This document shows, piece after piece, positions 39,831-51,800 of a DNA stretch of 64,000 bases. The number at the start of each line of letters is the position of its first letter. Within the stretch, counting starts at the first letter, position 1. Source of the stretch: Balanoglossus misakiensis (taxonomy: Eukaryota; Animalia; Hemichordata); NCBI GenBank assembly GCA_040954595.2, contig CM082579.2, forward strand, positions 2,782,345-2,846,344, given 5' to 3'. The translations under genes were made by a program, and so were the position numbers. Below the pieces are notes generated by a model. That model ran no database searches and had not been told where the DNA came from. It worked only from the letters and a program-made list of their open reading frames with translations.

Positions 39831-42800
39831 CACAAGGCAACGAAGGATTTTGGAACACCATATAAATGGGGTTGTTGAACATAGCACTAGGTGAATGGCA
39901 TTGTGGGATAGCCGAGATGTATAAATTGACTTGTTTCTCTGCTCACTAAGTTCATTGGACACACTGTGATAATTCCAGCAGTATACTTGCCATGGGGCAC
40001 TTTAATGTTGTGAGCAGAATAAACTAGATCAGTGCAGTGTAACTAGACAGTATGGCTGATGCACAGCAGAGATAGTTACTGTACTCCTCACTACATGTAG
40101 TGTAATGTCTCTATACATGCTGACTGTGTTGCAGTCTGTATGTAACTGACTCTCGCTGTGTGTGTCTATGTCTGTGTTTGTGTAATTCTATGTCTGTCTG
40201 TGCCTGTCTGTTTTCGTGCAGATGGGCGCGCTCTCGACATGGTGTTTGACTTAGCATTTCATTTTCAAGGTCAAGTCAGAAGGGGAAGGCTCTTTCGCAC
40301 ACACATACCAGTCAGTGCGTTGACCTGTCCGATTCTGGAAATCTGCATGATGGACATCACATAAAAGTAGTTTTGACACCGAACAGATTTGAACCCATCA
40401 GAAATTGGTGTTCAGGATTGACGCCATCGGTGTGTGCTTTTTACGGGTGACTGTGCAGCAGACAAACAAACATGTTTTCTCCCTCAGCCCAGAAAACACG
40501 CCAACCCAATTCATTTAGATGCTTTCTTTCCAAAACCCATTCCAGTGTACGAAAGGCAAACAGAGATGCAGGAAGTCAGGCTGATACAAGTACAACAACA
40601 TATTGACAAGATGTGGTGCTTTCCTACAGTTCTGTGTGCTTTCCAATGTTGTCTTTATTTTTTTTTTCTGCGTCAAAGAAAAATCAATTGGTGGCTGGGA
40701 CCGCGCGGAATGTTCACTGAAATACTAACTTTCACCCGTCCCTTCTTTCTTTTCATGTTACGATTTACTTTACCCGTAGGGAGTGCCTTTCAGAGTGATT
40801 TTAAAGTGCGTTTGATGTGCCCCAATCGAGGCTTATCCCGACATAGTCTCTTTTATGCAATCCAATCCAAACATACTTGTGCCAGTCGCCTTCAAACATG
40901 ACAGTTATTAGGTCAAAGGTGACACTAACACTGTGCCGCTCATTCACGTGCAGGTATTCTACTACAAACATGTACGCTACCAGTGTGTGGTAACTGTCTA
41001 CTTGATTTTTTTGTTTACACAATTCGTAGCTTTCGCAAATTTTTCTGAATTTTCAGCTTCATTTTGGATGGATTTGTTGCTAACAAGTTGGATTATTCTT
41101 TTGGTGCCCACAAATTTAAATAGCAAGGCTGTATATAAGAGTAATGTGTTCCAACATTAACATTCGTCATCCCTCAATTTTACTGCCGATTGGGTTTTTA
41201 AAACGTTGTAAAAACCAAGTCCCAATTTTCTCATTATTTTATGGAAATGTTCACCCAATTCTTAAAGGTAGCATTACACAAATATTCTGCATAAAAGAGG
41301 GATTTAAAAAATATGTCACTCAAGCGAGACAGGTTTTTGCTGGCGTTGAAATTGATAGCACCTTGCAATTTCCATTAAAATTCAATAGTTTGTTGTAGCA
41401 CGAATAGAATCTGATACGAGGGATTAAATGTTACAATCTAGATCATCTGTTGAACGTAACAGTGACATATTGTAATAAATAAATTGGTGCAGAAAATTGC
41501 AAGCTGCCAACTGGATGAAGATTGATGCGTGAGTGATCGCTGTGTCAGGCTTGGATTGGAGTGGGAATCTGAGCACGTGGGTTCAGTTTGACTCTGACTG
41601 AATTCAGTTGGAATAGATCGACGGGAGTGGTTTGAGAGTAGACAGCTCAGTGGCATCAGAAGAAAATATTCTTTATCATATGTAATAATTCTGACATTTT
41701 GACTCAAATGCACAAATTATGTGTAGTGATATTATAGTGATTTTTTGTGTTAAAATGCCTGTGTTTTTTTCTCAATGGCCTGGTTTACTTTTACAAAATT
41801 TCAAGTAGACGCAAAACAGAGAATTTTACTGCTGTGGCCATGAGGAGATTCTCACAAGGGGGCATATTCAGAGATAGCAACATTGACCCACAAATTATAC
41901 GCTGATTTAAATTGGCATGTTTTCAATTATGTGCCCGAGATGTTCCGAGATAGGGAATAATTACTTGGATCAGAGCTGACCTGAGAAACATTCCAGAGGT
42001 AGCACTGTAATTTGTTGACGCGTGTAGAATGGGATTATACTGTGATTATGTCGTGAAAAAAAAGCTGGCTGTAGTTATTTGAGCTGTGTAGTATGTTTTT
42101 GTAGCAGAGCAAAGCTTATAGGTTCATATGCAGTGCAATTCTGCATTGACAGTTGTTAATTGACTGGTTATTAATGGTTCAGTACTGGTTATCACTGTCT
42201 AGTTACACAAAACATAATACTGCGTTTGATTTATGAATTGATTGATCTTTGATTGGTTATGTTGTTAATTTAAGAAAATAAGCATTAATATAGTCTGCTT
42301 GTGTCTACATGTATGTATGTATGCAGTATTGTTGTAGTTTTGTTGGAACATCTACAGCTGAGAACAATCATACCCTCCACATCCCCCTTATCACCTGTGA
42401 CCCCTGACCTAAGGTCATGGGTCGCAGGAGTCGCCACTTAAACGAACACAGTATCACTTGCCTCCAAACACGGCGTCGGCAAGCCGCGCGGGTAAAAAAC
42501 ACTAACGTGGGGCAGTCTAATCATCCGTTGCTCATCAAACCGCATTTGAAACGATAGCGGCAAATGTCTGAACCGCGCCTACCATTTCCGTAAGGTTTCA
42601 ACCCCGTCACGAGTCTCCGAGTCTCCTAAATCTCTGCTGAATATATTTTCAATCAGGGAACACATTTACTGTTGACGTTTAATTATCTGAAGAAATATCA
42701 CCAATTGGGGGCTTGCTGGACAATTATTCATCACTGCTGAATAGCAGTGTCATTGTTTGCTACACTGTCGTCTGCTGTTTTCACCTTTCTCTGCGGCAAA

Positions 42801-45800
42801 AGCAAAATATTGTCTTTCTCTTGTAAGTCATAAAAAGTGGTGTTATTTATCGCGCTATACGTGAGATCATCTGAAGGAGGCGGTGGCTCAGGGAAGGAGG
42901 GAAAATTTAGTAGGCAAAGAGCAGTGGTCACATGCATGATTATTGGAGAACATCCATCACTGTGTGTGAGGTGGTTGAGGCTTAGTTTACCCCGTGGGGA
43001 TAATACAGTTTGGAAATGCTCCTTAAATATTGTGGTTTGGTTAGGAGGTAAGAATTGCACCCTGGTAGACACATGCAGTTCGAGCGAGGTGGGGTAATCT
43101 TTGGTTAAGTTCATCGCCCATTTTGATATCTGTGTACTCTGATTTCGATTAGGGCCTGTGAAAAAAATGTGTGAATATTTTCTCTGAGTTTTGTTTTGGC
43201 ATCTACTGGGAAGTAGAAAAAATGATGTACACTTCAAGCTAATGGAGGTTTGAATTTATGTACTCAAAAACCTGCCACACCCACCTCAAAGTAAAAGACC
43301 GGCTTTGATCCTTGCCGAACTGACAGCTAGCTGCCCCAGATTGTGGCAGCTTCTGTATCAGGGTATCTGCACCACACCCCCAGTGTATGACTGCACCCCC
43401 AGTTCCACCCTACATTTTTTTCCAAATTTTACTTTTTCAGGGTCCTTGACACAAAAAGAGAACCACTGTACTATTTTCACCATGCAATTTGGGGCAGGAA
43501 TGTCTTGGAACCTGTTTTAGAAGTGACCATCCTCAAAATACCACACACAGTTTACTTTCCTCGTCAATCAGCCGGTACACGGCTCTTTGTGCAGTGACAT
43601 CGATGTAGCGGTCAGAGCTTTTGCTTTTTCTCTGATGAAACATCAAAGACACCTGGTGGTTCAGGAGTGAGCTGAGCCCTGTAGCAACCAGTTCACAAAA
43701 TGCCACCTTCTCAAGTCACATCTCAGACATGTCCCCTGACACTCCATGTTGCGTGTAATCCCCCCATCTCCAGTATCCGTCACTCAGCCATGAGCTGCGG
43801 TGTAGCCATCATATATAGAGTTCTTTTGCAATGGACGGTTTGTGATAGACAGACCTTCAACTAAACCTTTGCCTGCCGGCCACACTATGTACACACAGCT
43901 ACCAATTTTAGGTGTTCGTACCATGTACCGTTGTATATATTCTTGCCACTCCGGCTCAACATTGGCCAATATGTTGCCATGACTACAGTATAATGCACTG
44001 AAATGAATCTTGCATTGGTATTTTGTGATGATCAGAAAAAAATGTGTTCGTCTATGAATTAAACTCTAGGGGAAAGAATGTTTGACTGGAAATACAACAG
44101 TTATGTTTGAGGATGGGGATACATAAATTGGTGTTTACAAGATGGGAGCTGCCATATTTCAGATAGTGGATGTGTTTATCAAATTCCGCTCATCTGATTT
44201 CCAAAATATAACGAGCGGACGGAGGGTGAAACAGGTCTGGTTACGCCAGTCGGTGTTCAAGTTGCACTGTTTTCACCATAGCACGAGGCTCTTTCAGTAA
44301 AATCCAAGTCCTCCCCAAAGGTTATAAACAATATACTTGTGAAATTCCCCGACTGTTTACTGTGAGGTGTTGCTGTATTGGCTGGGTGGGAAGGAACCTG
44401 TCAGAGGCACAGCGATGCCACTACAGCAGTGTATCGGTATGTTTTGATTTCAGCCAATTCCCCTCCCCCATCGTACGCAAATCACCTCAGTGCCTTCGTT
44501 GACAACCTTTCAGCTCCACACTTCTGCATGTATTTATCACCACAGACACGCTGACATTCTGGAAACAGGTGCACAGCAAGTGTGATCCTCGTAAACCGAA
44601 ATCTCCATTAATCTCAATGTGGGCGCACGTTTCTTTCACTTGTGTCTGTAGTCTGTCAGGCGTAGAAAATCATCCCAGAAGGAATACTGTAAGCTGTGCA
44701 ATGTGTGTAGTGTGTTTTATAGCTTTGCAATACCTGTATACTGAAACTGCATGTACAGCACAGTGTCTCAGGTTTTTGTGTGCTCTGCCCATCACATGTT
44801 TGATTCCACCCTTTTACCACCATGGTTAGGTCCAAATCCGTCACCTGCAATGGTAAGGTCGGATCTCTACATTTGGAAAGGGGGATGGAGGGTTTAAGTC
44901 ACCACCTTTAGAGGTTGATTATTTGTATTTCATCTGAGAAGTTATTTATGATAGTTATTAAACAAACCAAACTTAAACTGTCACAGTCTGAAAACTCATC
45001 TCAACTTGCCCATAGGCGCGGCTTCTCTAATAACACAAAAATGTAATTTTTTTGTGGCAACAAAAATATTTTGTGGAGTTATTATCTTGCTATGGCTTCA
45101 GTTGGGTTGGCTTTGATTAATGACAATTCGGCATAACGCCTACAGCCAGGGTAAGGGCAGCGCTGAGTTGACTTAAAATCTACACCTGTGTAAAGGCTGG
45201 CATAAATTGTCCTATGTGAACCTCACTAATGTTATGAATAGGTTTTCTGGCTTTTTATTGCTCTCGTAAAAGTGAAAGTGGAAAAGATGGTCCTGTTGGA
45301 TAGAGTGTATCAAATAAAATTGATCGTTTGCTCGTTCGGCAGATGGCTCAAATTGGGGAAAACTCACGAGAGCGTTGTTTGAACATTGGTGTGTGTAAAT
45401 AACCCAGTCAGGCGGAATTACCACCCTTCATTTCCTTCACACTTTATCTGTCCCTGGCATTTTTCAATTAACTTTATTAACGCGGTCCCCCACTTTCTGA
45501 CGCGCTCTTCAGTCAGAGTTTTGAGTGAAGTGTTAAACTTGCCAGTCAGTTACTCCCCCCTCCTCGCTTCCTCGTTCATTTGATACCTTCAAATGTCTTA
45601 TCTTGTCATCAATCCAGAATGTACCATTTAGTCGTCACAGTGCAAGTCAGCATCATTCACTAATTAGGTGAATCACTAGAGACCCAGTCTCACAGGAGAG
45701 AAGGCATTTAGCGCCCGTGATTAAAGCCGTAATTCAGAGCTCGGTCGCTCAGTGAGTAGCCTTTAACTTCAGTGCAGACCTCGGCAACTTCGTAACTATA

Positions 45801-48800
45801 CTCCAACACACGAGAAGATGATGGATATCATTTAAACAGCTTCAGAGGTCGCGGATCATTGCAGGGTGGAGGTCAAATGTCAACGTCAAGCGGTAAACTC
45901 CGACTAATTGACAAGCTGCCCTGAGTTGCAGAGAGAATACGGAGGAAATATGTCTTAAGGTAAACACCGGCCGGGTTGGATGTCAGCCAGTGGGTTCTGT
46001 TGGTGTTTTAACTGTCTAATTAAAGCCTTGTATGACTTCCCGGTCTGTGACGCCCAGAGTGCCTGCAGTAAACCAGCAGATAACGCTTCCTGTGGATTCT
46101 GTCAAAACAGAATATGATCACTCCTCTTCGATACTTGTCTAGAATCCAGACTCCAGACTTGTGTTTTTTTCGCTATACTCCTCACGATACATACATAGTG
46201 ACGAATCACATACTTGTTGGTTTGTGTGTAAATTGCTAAGATCTTGGAGTTTCAATAAAAAATGTATTTTCTTCCATTCTCTATGAAAAGGTGTACCAGG
46301 TAGATTATTAATTTGATCACATTTCAATATGAGTGTTTGCGAAATGCTTCAAAAACCAGTCATAAATTATCATAATGGATTGAACATCGATGCCCCTTTA
46401 TCGTCGAGGACATCACCCCTGTGTTTCATCACACCAAACTGCCCCAGGTGTTCAACTCATTAGATCACCATTTGGCCAAAATACTGATCGGTTGCTCCTG
46501 TACTCTGATAATGCACACCTGTTTGTTGGATGTTTTGTCTGCTGCCCGATAAACGGTTTCCTTCCGACTTCTCCGGGTCTTTGAAATCGGCCGTATTCCG
46601 GTTATCCAGAGAGACAGCATTCAGTGAAGCGTGCCGAAGTGGGTTAGGGATCTAAATAGCCGTGCATTTCTGCATCGGCCCCTGTCATTGTGTTCTATAT
46701 CTGGCTGTTTGGGGACACAGCAGTTAGGGGCATACGCGATCCTTTGATACCCTTTGATAACGGAGGACAGAAGATTATAATCAAAACAACTCTAGACGGT
46801 CCAGCAACACTTTTGGAGGCTATGAAAGCGACGGCTAGACAATCTCTGTGCACTGACCTATGAAGTGGGGCGACACTGTTACTCCCCCGACAGCCACCTA
46901 CATCCTGTGACAGACAAATAGCTCAGTCACTCCTACCGCTGACAAATTGGCCAGCGTTAGGGACTGTGAGAAGGAAAACACGTCTAGGAATACAGACTGA
47001 CAGTGAGGCTGCGTATATTGTCACCATTCCTGTGACTGGCGCCTTTCACCCGGACAAAATAAATTTCCATATTGCACTCATAAATGGTTACATAATTCAC
47101 ATCCCTTCATTATTCCAGATGACAGCTTTTGGCGACAGCACCAAAAAATGATTGTGGTTGAAAGTTGAAAAAAACAGTTGGTCGACCATGTGTGGGTCCA
47201 CTTTTAAAAGGTCTAAAGACAGTTGTGTAATAACTCACTCCCCGTAATTGTTCACAGTGAAAAAGTTGCCAAGAATTGCAAGAATTTCTCGAGTTTAATG
47301 GGTTTGTTTGTAGCACGTTTCTTGTACGACAGGTAAGCCACCACTCCCTCTGGTTGGCCCTGTAAATGGTTGCCATGCAGTGATCTATGATTCTGGATTT
47401 CCGTTTGCCATTTGTAAAAAAAACCTTCATAAACTTTTAACTTCCTCTTTCCCAGGTGTTCTCTTGACCCCCCTCCCTCTCTCAGACAAGAGTTAGACCC
47501 TGAGGCAACTCAGAACATGATGTTCATTGCCTGTTTCAGAGATTTGTATACGAAGCTAATTGTAAGTGAACGTACATTCTAGTAGGCGGGTTTCCACAAA
47601 TTTTGGTGCAGTAATTATAGACATCCTTCAAAACCAAAATAAATATACCTGTAGAAAGTTAGATGACATCACATTTTCTTTTGGAAAAACTTCACCAACA
47701 AGATTCTGTAGAGACTGTCTTTTAGTACAGTGCAAGGTATGACATGTGAGAATAGTAATAGATTTGTGTCATCAATAGGTAATCTCAGTCACTGTCTAAC
47801 AGGTGTTTTAGACAGAGGATAGTCCGATGGCCTGAGAGGATAGGGTGTACATGAATTTTTGAATCATACAGACTTTGTGGCTAGATGCGATGTTTATCCT
47901 GGATGTTTAAGAGCCCAGGGCCTTCAAAAATGTTTACTATATTGACTTACAAATGGAGTTGGATGTGCTTTTGCAAGGTTTGAGTTTACAGAATGTAAAG
48001 CCATGTGCCTGGGGTGCAGACAGCTCTCATACCACAGCAGTGTATGTGTGTTGCCTGTCTCTCGCTCTGTCTTTCTTGTGGGAGAAATCAGATATGCATC
48101 ATTGGCAAATGTACTTACGACTCTTTTCTGAGCTTTCAGCTAAGAGTCACTTTTAATGAAGTTAGGCTCATTTCTGACATGTACCTATGCCGGGAATGCG
48201 TCAGGGTGTTGCCAGTGTTAGTGCTAAGCACTTCAGAAATGATTGGGAAAAAAATAGAGCGCTGTTTTCTCGTAAATCCTCCTTCACACTGGCAGGAATA
48301 TTTGACCAGTGATAATTGGTGCACAACGTGAGGAATTTCCTCTCTTTTTTTACATAATTGAAGGGTAACATAATTGAGTGCAGTGTTTTGATGTCAAACT
48401 GGCTTTGGCAGGACTGGCTTGTCTGTCTGTGCAGCTGTGGTTATGAATTATTTGCCGCAAAACAGAATTTTATTCTGTCCTATGATTTTTTGCATCTTTG
48501 CGGTGATTAATAGTGAATTTCTAAATCACAAACAGAAATACCTCGGCAATGCAGAGAAGCTGTTTAAAAAAAGCTCACTGCAGACGTAAAGCTCCAACAC
48601 GTAGCACAAAACCATTAAAGTCTTAGTGGCTATAGTCTTTAAATTGTTGAGCAGTTTATCAGAAAGAAAAAACCCTATGGCAGTTGAGTGGGTTGGAGTG
48701 ATCTCATTAAAACCAACAGTTTGCATTATGCAGATTTTGTTTGACCACATACAGCCAGAGGACATGTTTTACTGCAGCCAAAGAGCATACTTCTAGATAA

Positions 48801-51800
48801 AGCGCTATCCTGGCTCAGTCCTGTGTTATGTACCCGCCTTGACGACAAAATGGCGGTATTAGGGAAAGGTCTTAGTCCAGACACACCGCCAGTGGTCGGC
48901 CTGCGCTATCTTGCGGATTACCGCTCCAAGGGGCTGTTTTGAGTGGTGTTCCTGAGATTCACTTTGAGGCAGATTATTTATGGCTATGGTTATCTTTTTA
49001 AAGGGGGTTCTGTTTTAACTAGTCTTATATAGGACTAAGTCATGGTATTTCAGGATTACTACTTTTTCTGTTTCTTGTTCTGTGGGAAGATGTTTGCAGG
49101 TTGCACGTCCCATGCACACAATTCCGGCCTCAAAACTCCTCATCATCTAACTTCTGAAAAATGAAGACATTTTGTGTACATTTCATAGCATTTTGAATCA
49201 TAGATAGTTTTCGTAAATATTTTAAGAATCCATGAATCATCGTGACCACATACGAGTTCACCTACACTTTTTGCCACAGTTTGTCTCTCTACGGGGCATT
49301 GCTCCGTTGGCATGGGTACCACCTTATCTGATGAACCGGCAGAACCGTTGTTAACAGTGCAGATCTTTGATCATCCGTGCAGATAGCCAATCCTGGCCCT
49401 AATAAAGAAAATAGAGTTAAGCCACTCGCTTTTAGGTATCTGTGGAGTTGAAATCTAAAAAGGCTAAATGCAATAGACTTTGTGGTTATTGTCCAAGTGA
49501 GGCAGAAAGATGCAGATAGCATATTAATTGACCCAATTCTCACACAGCTGGGTAACTTGACTGTGATTGTGAATATAACTTCATCATGTGGCAGACTTAT
49601 TCCACGGTTCATTAAACAATGTAATAATCGTCCAATCGTATTCAAGATGGCAGTTTGTTTGTGCCACATTTCAACGTATCTTGCTGTGTCTATTTCAGGA
49701 GATTTTGAAATCACAGCGTGTCATGGGATATGTTCTATTCTAGCTGTCCTTTGTAATGTTTTGCATAGTCTTTTGATATTAAATAATTAATCATAAATTT
49801 GATTTAATACCCGGTGTAGAGAAACAAATTTGTATATCGACAGGTAAACACAGACAGAGACAATTATTTACATTCTTATATGCACATATGCATAATTCAG
49901 TTTAATACTGGCAGCTTTTCATAAATGTGGATGGATGATCTACATGGGGACTTATCATAGGTCCCATTATTTGCAATAACGATGAATAATTTGTTATCAT
50001 CAAGAGAAAGATGTTTGAAAAACAGCGCCTGTGCTGTTCATAACACAGTAACAGATCTTGCTTCATAATGTTTTTCACTTCACTGTGTGGAAGGAGATAT
50101 AATTGTCCCCGCAGAATAACTTGGAATGGCTTGTTTTGACCATATGCTTTGGGGGTGTTTGTGGTAATGTTTTTGTAATGAGCAGTAATTATCCTCCAAA
50201 CTCCTAGACCGTAATCCTCGCGATTGCCAAAACTCAAGAACAAACACTGAAGTGAGCACCAACTGGCTACCTTGCAGCTCATTTACAATGACCTTTAGAG
50301 GTTTCCCAGCGACCTTCAAACTCATTACTACAACCCTCGACCCTGCCAGGTCTCTCGGTGTTACTGCAAAACATTCACGGACAGCGCCGGTACTTTGTGT
50401 GGGTGTCTAGTCTCTGGCTTAATTATACAGAAGGTCTCTGTGCTCTAAATGGTTTTGAAATAAATCTCCGCTGTTATGCCTGCTCATTTTCTTCTCCGTT
50501 TAAGATTGCCTCATTCATCAGCGTATAAATAACCTTTATAGTAGACAGAACCAAGCAAAGCAAAACAAAACAAAACAAAGCAAACAGCAATAAAAAAGTC
50601 ATTTGTATTTATGGTTCCTGCTCAGACATGAAAAATTCTCAGAAAGCGGTTATTGGAGAACGCAAAAGAGATCAGAACCAGAAACCATACAAGGCTATTT
50701 TTAGAGCTCCGTCTGACAATTTTAGTAATGGCATGGCACGCTGGCTGCACAACCAGGGTTCATGCCCCAGTGTTTTGCCGTCGTTGAATGTATCAATCAA
50801 TGAATCATGGGATGAAAAGCAACAGTGGAACGGTTCAGTGAGCGTCTGCGCCACATTACATTCCATGTCCGCTGTAGAAGAGGGGTCATCCATGGCAACT
50901 GAATTTTGATTACAAGCCAATATTGACTGCTAAACAAACACTGATTTTTTTTTGCCTCCATCCATGGATCTGATAAGATACGGGCGAGATAAGACCCTGA
51001 AACTGAACTGTGGCTGTACGGTTGCGCGATTCTGTAGGTATCATTCACCGACGCACACACAGGATAAAAAATCCATTCGCTTTCGTTATTCAGTGTTTGT
51101 TTAATTCGCCAAGCGTTGGAATTCATCAACACCATGCCTGGTGAATGAGATTAGAAGTGTGAATAACTCAGGACTGTGGTGTAATTTTCTTTTAACACGG
51201 CCTGTTCGGATAAAAAAACCTGTGAAGTCATTCATGATGTAATCCCCTGTTGATAAGGGAAAGTTTATACCCATGTTTTCAGTTCCACTCAATATCTCAG
51301 TTTTCAGACATCAGCAAAATCAGGTATCTATGATGAATACCATTGTATGGCTGATGCCAGTTTATACAGAGGCTGTCCATGATACCTGTGAGAACTTTAT
51401 TTGTGTATTTGTGACGCATTGACAGGACAAATGTAGGGTTTCATGTCACAAATTCTTAACTCCATGATCAGGTGTTGGCAACAAGGACCAGTCCAACAAA
51501 TCACTATAATTATTTGAAAGCATGCTATTTTATTTGAGATACAGATCAAATAAATATTAATCAAAATGGTCAAGTACAATGTTGTAAAGTCTGAGCAATG
51601 TCAGTGTGGTTCCTGTGGCCCCCATCACACAACACCAAGTTCAAGGTCACGATTTTAGGACCATCATTAACCCAAACTGCAGAACTATGTCATGGTCGCG
51701 ATGTCGGCAGACTACTATTTCTTGTTTAGTAAACCTTGACACGTTCCTTCTGCTGTCCGATGGTATTTGCCGAACGCAGGCTTCTGCTGTGTCAGAGCTG

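Noticed and set aside
42731-43237. 168-aa minus-strand intronic ORF
   Set aside because: Non-ATG start in the track, no domain, no coding-like composition, no splice support.
47816-47850. A-box-like TGGCCTGAGAGG
   Set aside because: No properly spaced B box follows; too weak to call a tRNA or SINE.
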